Assembly (NCBI GenBank): GCA_012295275.1
Contig: CM022679.1
Location: 11,532,001 to 11,596,000 of the forward strand
DNA: 64,000 bases
Source of the DNA: Chrysomallon squamiferum
Taxonomy: Eukaryota > Animalia > Mollusca
Direction of reading: 5' to 3'
The translations under genes were made by a program, and so were the position numbers. The notes below the pieces were generated by a model. That model was not told where the DNA came from and searched no databases. It saw nothing but the letters and a program-made list of their open reading frames with translations. Shown piece after piece: positions 26,034-40,700 of the stretch (position 1 is the first letter of the stretch; each line of letters opens with the position of its first letter).

Positions 26034-27256
26034 CAGCAGTGGAAAAATCTTCATATGAAATGTGTGTGTGTATGTATGTGTAAAACTGAAAAAGATTCAT
26101 TTCAGTTATTGTGAGATTTTTATTTTTTTTATTTTTTATCCCTATCACTATCTTTTAACAACACCCAATTGGACAGAAAACACCAGAAATGGCCCTTATG
26201 TATCCATCAGAACTGAAAAGGCCTTGAATTTTGTTTTGAAAGCAAAATTCATTTCAGAAAACTAGAGTTAAACTTACATTAATATTTATTACTATTATTA
26301 TTATTTTTAGATGTTATTATAAAATATAGTGTGACTGAAACATTATTGCAGTAACAAATCTGAATTATATTTTGTCACAAACTTCACTAATAAGAAATCA
26401 AAAAGATGATAATTTTATGTCAGTGATAAAATGAATGCATATAATCAGAGCATTTGTAGGCCAAAGGTGCATAACTTCAATCTTGAAATTCACCTAAAAG
26501 TTCTTAAATAACGGGCCTTAGTAGCTTGAGCTTCGGTTTGCCACTAAAGAAAAAAGTTTAAATCAGTTAAAACTGAATTTACTCAAACTAATCTTAGATA
26601 CAATATTTTTACTTTTAGCCTTGAAATGGGTATTAAATTGCTGAAGACACTGAAGTATTATGTCTATGGGGTTGTTGATGTGTGTCTGCAACAACGTTAA
26701 TGCTAAGGTATTATGACAGTAAAACATTCCAAGACGTTTAGAATGAAATAAATTAACAATGACTAGCCTGGTTTTGTTTTTTTATTTAATTTTTATTTGT
26801 CTAATATGTTTATTCGTTTAATTACAGTATTTCACTTTGATTACTGGCTAGGACAAGAACAAAACTATATTCTCCCATTAATTCATTTCAAAGTTTCATT
26901 ATGGTAATTTGAAACAAAACATTTTAACACCAAGTACATAATTCATCTGTTAAATAATTCAAACATTTTAGGCATGGCAAGTAGTTTCTCCAGAATAAAT
27001 TAATGTCACTAGAAATGTATCTACAGTGTTGTTTTCATTTACATATATTGATTGATGAAACAAAATGCAAATAAAAACACATATTTACTTTATTCTCTAC
27101 AGGATAAACTTGCATTGGTTTTGTTTTGAATGTTTCTTTTGTTATGCTTTGAGTATTGTTATATGTATTGTGTTTTGTATTTGTAGTCAAGTTTTCATCT
27201 CCTCATAGGCCTCAACTTGTCCTGTTTTCTATTTACTCTATCTTTATTTACTTTTT

Positions 27257-27290
<34 letters not shown>

Positions 27291-28870
27291 TTTCCTCATT
27301 TCCTAACAAATTGCTAGAGGAAAAAAAAGTATAGTTGCCAGAAGTAAATATTTGACACTTCCTTGTTCATTTGTTCAACAAAATACATTTATAACATTTC
27401 CCCAGAAAATATAGTAATTTTATTAACTCTAAGATATTAATTAAATTATATTATAAATAACTTATCACTTTACCAAAAGAGGATTATTTCCCTTCCACAA
27501 TTGAAAATTATTTTAAAATTAAATTTCAGTTTAATAAAGATTAAACCATTTTATAATTATTGTTATTGTTGTTGTTGTTATTGTTGTTATCATCATCATC
27601 ATTTTGAATGATAATTATTAAAAAAAAAAAAAAAAAACACTAAAAGAAACCTACCATTATTCTATTTTCAGAATTGTATTAATTATTATTGGTAAAATGT
27701 TTTAATAATGAAGTTTAGTAATTAGGACTCTTAAAATAATGGATTATTTGTATTTGCCTGCAGAGAAAGAAAAATATTCATGTTACTGCACTAGTCAACT
27801 GGAATCAAGTATATAATTATGAGAACAATTTTAATTTATTTATTTATATTATTATTGTTTTGTATTTATTTATTTATTTTTATTATTTATTTATTTATTT
27901 ATTATTTTTTTGTTTTTGTTTTTGTTTATAAGATCATAATAAGAACCTAAAATTCTCATAACATCTTTATCTTAACAGTTATAGGAATCAAATGTGTGAA
28001 AAAGAAAGAAGAAATACTCAAAGCTAGTATTATCAATAAGGCATCATTTATAATCATAGAAAAGCACAATACTATCTGGTATACCAGTAAAAAATCATTG
28101 AACAGTTCATAGAAAGTGGTATTGATCCTGGTTTACCGGTAAGTATTATTATTATACAAAAACTATAATTTATTATAAATGATTTTATAAAGTGCAGCTA
28201 CAAAACAAACAAAGCAGCATTATGTATGTACCATACATATGTGTAAAAAACACATTTCATTTTGTTATTCAAATTGTCATGTTCGGTCAACTGAGTATCC
28301 TCACGATCTGAACACACTTTGTTCAGACTGTCACGACTGGTTTATAAAATAATTGTTGTTGTGTTTCCTTAGTCAAGCCAAACAGTGAGATCACTGATCA
28401 TTAAGATGAGAACATAATCATCAACCGTTAGATATTTATGGGTGTAGTGTCTAGAGAATTGTCATGATAACTGAACATTATTATTCAAGCAGTACTACTA
28501 TAAAACATTTAATTTTTTACTTCTGTGTTTCACTCTCTCCTATGCTGAGTAAATTATTAAATTATTGATTACATTTACCTTGATATTTGTTATTTAAGCA
28601 TTGAAGTTAACAGATGGCAGAGTTTTACAAATTGATTTTTGTTATTATTAATAAAAAAATAAAAAAGACAACACTAGCCCTAAACTTAAGGAATTTAAGG
28701 CATTTTTATTGTGCTTTTTACCACAGACAAACAACCCTTCTAATAACTGAAGTTATTTCTTAATGTTCAGTATTACTAAATAAATGTATTAACTTAAAAA
28801 ACCATTTGAAAATGCTTTGGATTTCTGAAAGATGAAATTTAAGATATTTTAATTCCATTGTTATGAATAT

Positions 28871-28931
<61 letters not shown>

Positions 28932-31900
28932 TGTCCAGATAAATATTTTTTGAGATTTGCTGATCTGTTTCAAATTTTAGATATATTAGTCCAGTTCCAG
29001 TATAAAGCAAATATTGCTTGACTGGTTAGTGCATATTTGAATTTATTATATAGATATCTTTTGTTTGCCACTTGTAGTCATTAATTATTAATATTATTAT
29101 GAAGAACATCAATAATTGTAATTGCAAAAATACACACTTTTATCTCATTAAGATTTTGGGTTCTTTGAAAAGTTCTATCTGTCACTTATATATCACAAAC
29201 TACCTGTTTGTTTTCACCTTATTTGTATTTGATTATGTTTTTAAAGACAGCTGTATTTTCTTATTAATTTAATTAAATCTGTTCTATATCATAAATAAAT
29301 ATATCCTGAAAGTTTAAAAAATAAATAAAAATGTATTGCTGTGTTAGGAGTGACAATATTAAAATAACAACAGCTGTTGTGTTAGATTTTTTATTGTAAC
29401 ATGCAGTGTGAAAGTAATCTGATTATACTAGATTTTAGAAATGTTCTGCGATATTCAAAAAACATTCTGGCATTTTCTAGGGAAATAAATGTAACACTGG
29501 TGTTATCTATTAAGCTTATGGTCACTGCAGTTAATTTAGGCATTGACATTAGTTTATTACAATTTAGTTTGAAGATATTTACCAATAGTTAGGCAGGGTT
29601 GAGTATCATCAAAGCAGTTGATTAATCCAAAAAATGTGTTACCTAGTTATATATCCTAGTTATATATCAGTTATTACTTATGCACTAACACATCATTGTT
29701 ATTATACTTCTTATACTTTTTTCTTATTTCTTTCTCACATGCACACAAGTATAAGAAATAGATAACATTTTTGCCAAGGTATTCTATTATGTTGTTTTCA
29801 GAATTTATATATATACATATTAATTTGTAAAACAACATAATTAAATATCTTGGTACGAGTGATCAATTTTATTAAGCTCTGCAAACAATTCTAACAAGTA
29901 TTACATCATATATTTTATTTTACATAAAGCATTCAAACTCTTAAGTTATAAATTTATATACTAAATGCCTTCTGAATCAATTTTTACCGTAGCCATCTGT
30001 ATAGGTAAAATGAGTGTTTATGCTCTACAAAGAGGCCGTTGCTACCATACTGATGTATTGATTAAAAAAAAAATTACTGTCACCAGTCCAGAAATTATAT
30101 CTGGCATTATTGATTGTCTGGCCATTTATTTATTCTTTTATTTTTTTTATTTTAATTTTTTAAACTTTAAAATGTAAAACTAGTTAATCATCTCTAACAG
30201 ATGTGTGTATATGTGTATGATGAATTATGCATTTCACTAGATTTTAAATTGAATCAATACAAAATTACACCATCTGAGCTTTAAAATGAGATCTCTTGAC
30301 ATTTTTTTATATATATATAAAACAGGTGATATTAGGTAAATATGGAATTCAATTTTTCATTATTGTTTTTCTTTTATATTGATTTTATATTTATGTACAT
30401 ATCATTAATTTAGAAATGTCTGTATTAATCATTTTATAATTGTTACACTACACATTCTTTATGGCCATATACAAAAGTCTGTACTTCTAATGCTTTTTCC
30501 CCTATTCTCATTTCTTCCTCATATCCACAAACCATTTTTATTGAAATATGTATCTAACATTTAAAAAACATTATATATAATATATATTTATATATTTATA
30601 TATTTTTTTCTGGGTATTTCTTAAATCATTTCAAATTACATTTTTTTAAATAAAAATTTTGTTTCTTTATCTTCACAACCACACACACACACAGATATGC
30701 ATGTACATAACTATTGTTTATTTATTTTGTAATGGTAAAGACTTATATAAATAAATAAATAATTAAATAAATAATGAAGAAAACAGAAAAAGGAAAAAAT
30801 GTGTATTCCATTAGCATAGAGTTTATAACTATCCCATAAGTAATATATTAGATTTTAATGGACAGATTGTTGAAATAAGTAATAATGATAAATACTTGAG
30901 GAAATAGTTTATAAGAAATTAATTATTTCACTTCAGAACTCATAATGAATTTTTAATAAAAATAGAGAGGTGATACAATGTTCATAGGAAAGAACAGAAT
31001 GTACTCTTAAACTGTCATTAAATATTTTATATGATTCTTTATATAAGGATAGGATTAGTGAATTCATTTGAAGTTTATAGTAACACATATTAGCTAAACA
31101 TTTTCATTTTAATAGTTTTTGACAATCTTTTGAGGAGTTATTAAATACATTTTAGTTAATTCATTTGTTTATTACCTGGTTTATATTTTTTACTGTGCAC
31201 ACAGCATTACAACATAATTCATATACTTCTGAATATGACAGCTTTATAAAAGTTGTGAAAAATTGCCTTGTAATTTCTTCATAAAATTTATCACTAGTTC
31301 TAACATAAAGTTTTATATTTCATCTGAGATATTCCAGCTGACCTTTGAGAAAATATGAGGCTTTGGTAACATTTCCAGAATATTTGACCATGTGTCCATC
31401 ACTCTTTTTAAACATATGCTGGTGGGTTTTTTTGGTGGGTTGATTTTTTTAGTTGTTTTTTTCAAAATTGTTATTTTACATTGTATAAATATTGGGTAAA
31501 ACTGATATTGTTAATATGGCTTTGTTTTTTTTTAATTATTTTATTTTAATTATTTATTATTATTATTATTATTCATTTATTTTCTTTATTTCTTTTCTTC
31601 ATTCTTTTTTTTCTGGAACATATAGTTAGAAATGTTGCTAATTTTTTTAAACAATAGTGTGAACTTCACTTTGAGGCTTTTATACATTCTTAATTGTTTC
31701 TACAGTTCAGAGCCATTGGATTTTCATTGCATATATGTTGGTTTCAAATGGACTTTTTTCTTTGTCTTGATTAACATTTCTTTGATTAGTTGAAACATTC
31801 CTGAAGTGTAATGTGTAGCATTTTATTCTCCAGGTGGAACAACAAAAAAACATTTATTTCCACAAATATATTTAACAATAACTGATATTGCTTCTTCAAT

Positions 31901-33818
31901 ATAAATACAAGTTAAAGTACAATATAAATTGATTTCTTTTTCTTTTATTTTTAACTCAATATTTGAGCTGAAACATTGAGTAGTTTTTTGTCTTAATAAT
32001 TAACTAACACTTATCCATATCAAACTCAAATTCTTAATAAATAAGTAATAATATATATATTTGGCTTCTGGTTGTCAGAAATATTAAAATGTTTTTGCCA
32101 TGCACTAATTTAATTTTTGTATTTATCTGTGGTAAAAGAGACAAATAGTTAAATTTAAAAAAAAAAGAAAAAAAAAAGAGGAAAAATAGTTCTATCCTAT
32201 ACTTTTTTTTAGATCACATAAAAAACTAAATTAGAATATGTAAGTACTTCAGTTGCATATTAATGTAAAGTTATACCAGTAGTTCAATTGACAGAAAAAT
32301 CCATCATTTAGTGTAAGGTAATTTCATGACAACAGCTTCATTTCTGAAACACATTACAAATTTTACCACTGATGCAAGATCCATGTCAACCGCACAGTTT
32401 TTAATGTCACAGGCAGACATTATCAGACAGGTTTTAATGTGAATGAAATCAGAGTGAAAAATTGATTAATCACAGACTGACCCTTAACAAATAATCTTGT
32501 GCCTTGCCTTGCATATGAAAGAAGTAATTTTCTGCAAAAGAAAATGCTGCCAGGGCATTGGTGGAAAATGTTCAGGAGTTATTATACATGTGATGTGTGA
32601 CATATTGAAATTTCTAATGGTATGGGCAAAGCCTCAGATGTGTTGGCTAATAAGGAAGTACTGTGATTTACAATTTATTTAAAAATTATTGTTGTTCTGT
32701 TGTTATTGTCATCCTCAATGGCTTCCCAGTCTTACCAGTACTACATAATGCAGGTAACTTTTACAAACTTTATAAATTTTTAATTCTTTTTTTAATTTGC
32801 TAGTTTTGTTAATTTTTTTGATAACATATGTTTTGCATTTATTATGTTTTTAATCACATCTTTCTTTATTCTGTTTTATTTGTATTTTTTTAATTTACAG
32901 GTGTTTTGCATTTGTTGTTACATTGTTGACTTTTTGTTCTTTTTTTGTGTTTTATTTATATCCTTTTCTTTTTTTTGTTAAATGTTTTTTATTTCCTATT
33001 TTTACAGTTAAATATTGTTCAGCATAAAAGTGTCCTAAATTATCTTTTAACTTTAAGTATAAAATAAATAAATAAATACACTGTATAAAATTAAAATAAA
33101 ATGAATTAATGAATTATTTTAATAAATATTGTACCTTTTAAAATTAATTGTTACATCTTAATGATATTTAGACAATGTTTTTTTTTTTTTAGTTTTTTTT
33201 TTCTGAAGATTTGTAATTCAAATTTAGTAATAATTTTATTATTTATATATATTTATAATAAGCAGGTTTTTCATTTCTAACAACATAAATTTAAAAACCT
33301 TTTAATAATTCATTTAAAAAGAATAATGATGATGATGAGTAAGATGAAAGCTCTTGTGTTTCTATATATTTATTTTATCATAATTATTTTAAGTAAAGAA
33401 CATAAAATATTTAGTTTGTGTCTTGTTTTAATTGACCAAGTTAAAAATGTATATTTGTATAAAACATAAAATTAATGTGATGGTAATGCAAACAAATATG
33501 TAACACATTGTTTTATATTGATAATTGAGTTTAAATAAAAATTTACAATGACATTACAAAGAAAAAGTAAAAAGAAGTACATTATAATTATAGTGTCAAA
33601 ATACTGTCATATATCTGCTTGAGCTCTGAGTGAAAAAAACAAAAAAACTTTCAACAGTAACTGATGACATAATTCAATAAAATAATAAGGTGAGATAATC
33701 GATAACTGTATTTATTTAAATTTTATTTTATATGTAATTTTGACTGAAATTAGCAGTGTGATAGTCCAGATATATTTTATAACTACATGTAGCAAAATCT
33801 CTCTTTCTCTCTCTCTCT

Positions 33819-33868
<50 letters not shown>

Positions 33869-34704
33869 GATAATGCTGCAGATTAAGTTATAACTGAATA
33901 CAAAACGTTATTTTACATTATATATAATCATGACAGTATTTAATGAAGCTTACCAAAAATAAATGTATAAAGAATTAGGTTACTGTATATACTTTTGTCT
34001 GTTAACATAACTGTATTAACTTACATGTATTTATATACAGCTGAAACAAAACTATTATATTTAGTTTAATCGTGACTGTGTTTAGTGAAGCAGTTAAAAC
34101 GCAAGATGTCATCAGAATCAGGTTGCTTTGTTTATATAATTAACCTAAACTTAAGAATAAACTACATTATTGGAACCCTGCAGGCTTTGTCTAGAAACTC
34201 AATATAAGTGTACATATGCCACCTTGATTTTTATTGGCTGTGCTTGGCTGAATAGCAGTGGAAATGTCAGGCTATGTACAAGCAGTGGTAACTGACAGAG
34301 CCACATCACCAGATATTTATCAAACTGCTTCTGTATGTAAACTACAGTTCTGAGCAATTTTCTGACAAATTTAAACAACAGTTTTAAAGAAGAAGGGGAA
34401 AAAGTTATTTTCCAAACATGGGAGATTCTTTTAATACCAGACAAGACATAAAAGGGGTGAGTTTTTGATCTGTGTTTTTAATTATGTGTTTGTGACTGGA
34501 ATTTTTGTTTTTCATTTGAATAACAGTTTAACACTTGAGATGTTTTAGCAGAGATTTCTTGGACTTCAATATTCTGTAAAAGAGGTGGATAATAATTTTC
34601 AAGTGGCCTGTTTTATGAGTTTTTTGTTAGTGCCATTAGCTGTTTCTACAGTTCACAGTAGTTACAAAGTCTAGACATTAAAAGGAAAAAATCTTATTAA
34701 AATT

Positions 34705-34793
<89 letters not shown>

Positions 34794-37700
34794 GTGTACT
34801 TATACTTAAAAAAAATTGTTGTGGAAATCTATTATAATCTTTGGTAATCTGAATATGGATAATTGGCTGGCATGGTAAATACATGTACTTCAATAAGTAC
34901 ACTGAGAAAGCCAGATCCTTAGACCTGTCTAGTCAAAACCATTTCATCAGTTATAAGTTATAAAATTTTAGGTCAGTTCACATCAGGATGCCATGAGATG
35001 TGACAGTTATGACATTTGTTAAATATTATTTTAAAATAAATTTTGTTATTAATATTACTACAATTCAGCTTTGGTAAAAAAAAAAAAGACAAAACTTAAC
35101 AAAAACATCAGCAATTTTTAAAGCATGCCATTTTCTTAATGGTTATAAGAGTGGTATTATCACTATTTAAATATTTTCACTTTGGAAATCTGTGATTATT
35201 TATAAAAATTAAGAAATACTTTTGCATTGACGATGTTGACATATTTTTTATTTATAGAAAACTGATTCAGCAGTTTAATATTTTTCAGTGTTCTTGAATC
35301 TGTGAATATTTTTACATCAGTGTGTACACAGCACGAAAACCATGACCTGGCATAACTTGTAGATAGATTTCTCTTTTTTTAATGTCTTGTAAATACATTA
35401 GACACCCATAGGAATGCTGGCTATATCAGTAGAAACTTTAAAGTATTTGCTTCACAAATATTTTGATGTAGCTTTGATAACTTTGTTTAAACATATAAAT
35501 AAGTAAATGTACATTGTCTAAGCAGTTATTATTAATGGTTTATCTTCAATGACATTTCTTTGTTGTTTAAAAATATACGGATATGTTTAAAACCAAGAAA
35601 AAAAAGAAGAAGGAAAAAAAAATTAATTTCACAATAAGACTGGTACAACTTTGACTTATGAAATTTACCTTTTGGTTGTTACTATTTATATATTACACAT
35701 ATATTTTCAAAAAACATGAAATAAATTACTCTGTTATCATCATTTTAAATAATGAAATCTGAGCTGTACTGGGATTTTTTCAAACTTATATTTGAAATTT
35801 GGTTGGAGATTCTGTTATACATTCATGGAAATAATGAAATACTGACTGGAAACTAACTGAAGAAAATTCAGTTATTCCTTTTTGCAACTGAAAACTCATT
35901 GATAGGTAAAATTACCTAATAACTTAAGTAGTAATCCTCATAATGTCAGTTACTAGCAGTGCTTTACCATGAATATTTTTGATTAATATTTGGAAATTAC
36001 ATCCATTTATTTCACCTATTTTTGTTTGCTGTTGTCAAATAAAGTTTATTTACATTTTATTAGAAGTGGCCATAAATTGTCATTGTTACTAACTACATGA
36101 CATCTGGTTACTGAATACAATATATAAATTGAGGTTATTATTTGCTTATAATAGATCTCTTGCTAGTCTAAAACAAAATTAGCTCATTGTATGGCAGATG
36201 TGGGTTTTATCTCTTGTTAAAATGGTCTTATTATTTCTAAACTATTTTAGGGGTTAATCATTAAAATCTGTTGAATATAAATGAACTTAACAGTATTGCT
36301 TTAAAGATTTAGACACTAATATCATACAGATAATAGTGTACAGTAGGAAGGAAACATTTGTTTAATGACTTAACATTTTCAATGAATAGCAGCTGTTATG
36401 TTTAGACATGAATTTGTAATAAATTAACTCCACTCAGCCATTCCTGTTGACAAGAAATAGTTTATGTATGTGTTTTATCATAGAGAAAGAAATTAAATAT
36501 CAAGAAAACCAACTGTGCCTTAGTGGCTGGAATGGGAAATATACTGTTGATCCTGTGACCTAAGAATGTAAGATCGGTGACATCCTGGTCTCATTTTACT
36601 CAGATATAGGTCAAAAGTACACATGAGAGAATCTTTAGGAATGATAGAGTACAACATGAAGGGATCACTAAAAATGATGGAATTATTCATTGACACCTTT
36701 TGATGTTAGACATCATTAAATGTCTAATAATGTTATCATGACAGCATCAGGAAATTTGTACCTAAACTTTTTACTTTTATAACTGTGTGTAACCTAGATT
36801 TATCATACTAAAAATATGTTCATTATTTTCAGGAAATAATTTTTCATCTATTCTTACACGTGTTTAGTAAAAATATTTAAATAATATAAATAATAATTTG
36901 TTTTAAATTAATGACAGAAATGACTCATTTATTAACTTTATCATAATATTCTTGATTAAACTTGACCAACTTGACATTCTTTATAATACAGAGAATCCAT
37001 GGAAGTTAAATTTGTCATCACATTGACCTGTATTAAAACAAACATTTAATGACATTGGTTTATGTTCATTGACGTAATTTTTTTCAATTAAAATGAGCTA
37101 ATATTCATATCCACTTTCATATACATGCATAATGCTAAATTCATTCAGAAACTACACCTAAAAATATTAGAAATTATAAAAAAATCAAATTTTTAAAATG
37201 TTTTTAGAACATCATTATTTCACATTTTTCTGTTTTATTACAGGCTGTTCAGAAAGCAACTAATGTTGTTTTCCAGTCAGGACATGTCTCTCGCGACAAA
37301 CGAGCAAAGACTTTGGGATCACGAGGTGGTTTCCGTGGATGCACAATATGGCTGACTGGGCTTTCAGGGGCTGGAAAAACAACCATTTCATTTGCTCTTG
37401 AAGAATATCTTGTTAGCCAGGGCATTCCTGCTTACAGTCTTGATGGAGACAACATTCGAACTGGTCTGAATAAAAACCTTGGGTTTGCTCCTGAAGACCG
37501 GGAAGAGAATATTCGACGAATCTCTGAAGTGGCTAAGCTGTTTGCTGATGGTGGAATTGTTTGCATCACTAGCTTCATCAGTCCTTATGCTAAGGTTGGT
37601 AAATTTCTAAATAAAATATATTAATGCTTTAGAAATTCATATGGCTATTTGTTAATATTTAATATCTTACTGGAAGAATTAGCCAATATTGTTGCTTTAC

Positions 37701-40700
37701 ATACTTTTGCTAATGGGCCATGGGGACAGAACTGTAGCAGAACTATTCAAATTCCAAATTGACTAAATAAAAAACAGATAAAATTAACAGTTTTTTAATT
37801 TCTCTATTTTCACAACAATAAAATGAAATGATTATTACAGGATCGCATAGAGGCAAGACGACTTCATGAACAGGCTGGGCTCAAATTCATTGAGTGTTAT
37901 GTTAATACACCCATTGAAATCTGTGAACAGAGAGATGCCAAAGGTCTTTACAAGAAAGCAAGGGCAGGCCAGATTAAAGGTATTTCAGATGCTAATAATA
38001 TATACCATACATTAATATCAAATATGATTAAAATAGTTAATAACAGTAATAATTTCGTATCTAACATTATGCTAAGTTAAATAGCTGACAAGTAAATAGA
38101 TTTATGTTACAGTAACTGTTCCTGCATCAAATAAATACAGTTATTTCATGTTATCAGTTTCAGCATAGCAAATATTAAATGAATACTGGGATAATATTCA
38201 TGTTCTCATGGTAATATATTTTGCAAATAAATCTCAATTTGCAATAATTCTAAAAGACATTTTCCTTATTCAGCATTTGCAAACTTAACATTACATTTGA
38301 TTGTTTTAAATGTTTTTAATATTTTTTTTTTCAGATTTCTTTATCACCACCATTATCGTTATAATTAACTGACACTGGTTACAGAATATTTTTGCAATCA
38401 GCTGTTGATAAGAAAAGATTATTTCTTTTTTCTACTAAATATGATTAGTTATCTCCCTTCAGTATATAAGAAATTTATAAAGTATTGCAAATTTTGGTTT
38501 TTAAATTAAGTTTATTACACAGATTTTCTATAATATTCATCATATTTGAGTATTTTATAAAACAATTACTTACTATTTCTCTTTTACAGGATTCACTGGT
38601 GTTGACTCATCATATGAATCACCCGAAAATCCAGATGTTACTCTGAAGGCTGGACAGCTTTCTGTGGATGAGTGTGTTCAAGAAGTTGTGCATGCTCTTA
38701 TTGAGCAGGTGAGATGCTTCTGAAAAATTCATGTTGTTTTTGTTGTTTTTTTAATTTTTATATACTACGTTCTTTTTCCAAAAATTTATTATTCAGTTTA
38801 ATAATCACAGATTTTAAAATTTGTTTGAAATATTAAAATAAATCTTTTTTCTTATTAATTAACCCTACACTTCATTTACAGTGATTGCACTTCATTAAAA
38901 CATTAACTTTTATTATTATTTTTCCTCAGTTATTAAGTGCATTATCCTTCTTTAATATATATTTATATATATTAATGTCAACTAAGAAATCCATTTTGAT
39001 TCTGATAAGCTTTTGTTAGTTTTGTATTTTCATAATCTATTACTAAATTAATGAAGAAGTGTGACAAGAATATCATAATAATAAGAAAGTTTGCTTTTTA
39101 TTTGTCAGTAATATTAAATGTTAAAGGGCTCTCAAGTTAACAAGAACTGTAGACTTGGAATTTATTTTATTATTATTATTATTTTATTATTTTATTATTA
39201 ATATTATTTTTTTGGACTTTCTTATGCATTTATTAAGTGTTGTATTTTGTATCTCTAGGATATTGTTCCTCAGAGTGCTATTAGTTCTGTAAAGGAGTTG
39301 TTTGTTCCTGAGAACAGAGTGGAAGTTGTCAGAAGTGAGGCTTGTTCTCTGCCATCATTAGAGATATCCAAGGTAAGATAATAATATATATAATAGTTAT
39401 AAATAAATTTATATATATTACTAAACAAATTTTATTTTTATTTTTTTAAATGATGATTATCATTTTGCTTTAGATTTTCACTTTTTATTTATTTATTTGT
39501 GTTGTGGGTTTTTTAGAGGATGTGTAATTCAAGATTCTTTCTCTTTTTTTTTTTTCATATCTTTTTCTGCTTTTATTGTTTGTTTATTTAAAAAAAAAAA
39601 ATTGTAAGACATATGGATAATTGGATATTTAAAATATGAAGTGGTCATAATTAAGTCATTTCATTTAATTTTTCTCATTATAGTCCTGGCTCTCTCCCAA
39701 ACTCAGCATAAATAATACCTGGGTGTTAATGCCCATGATTTGGTAGTAGTGGATTTCTTTTTCTAAACTATCTTTACCAAAAAAAAAAAAAATAACAATA
39801 ATAATAATTATATTTTACATCAATTAACAGTTAATGAAGTTTTTTCTTAATATGTGTTAAATTAATACTCATATTCATATGATTTATTTACTTTGGTAGA
39901 TTGACTTACAATGGACCCAAGTGCTGGCTGAAGGATGGGCCACACCTATTACTGGTTTCATGAGAGAGAAGGAATTTCTGCAGTGTCAGCATTTTGGTTG
40001 TCTCTTTGATGGTAAGTATTAATCAAATAAAATAGTGTAATAATAATGGATTTGATGTCTGTTTTATTTGAAAGATATGCTATTTTAATAAAAATAGTCA
40101 TTGCAGTTAGGAATTAAAACTTTTATTACACTCTAATAAAAATAATTGTTTTCAAAAAAGTTTTTTTTTTTATTGTATTTACTGATTTATTGATATGATT
40201 TTGTTTATATATTTTACTCATTAATACATGTTTTAATTTCACAATAGTTAAAAATATTTTTTTTTGTATTTATTACCTTTTATAGTTAACTAAAATTATA
40301 TTTGGGTTAATGCACTTTATCCTTATTTTTAAAAATATCTGTTTTATTATTTTCAAAGTTATTGCCTAAACAAATGTAATGAATAAGATTATTTACATAA
40401 AATGTTAACAAAGGGTTGTGAGTCTTTTATTGTATGTTGGCATGCCATTGTTGTTGCAGGTGGGGTGACAAATCAGTCTATACCAATAGTGCTACCTGTT
40501 CAGACAAGTGACAAGGAAAAACTTGAAAGCTGTTCTGCTTTCTCCCTGAAATATGAAAACAAGGTGTTGGCTGTACTTAGGAACCCAGAGTTCTACCCAC
40601 ACCGCAAAGAAGAGCGTTGTTGTCGTCAGTTTGGTACCAATAACAAAAATCATCCTTATGTTAAGGTTAGTGTTTTATTATTAATGTAGACGAGATTGGT

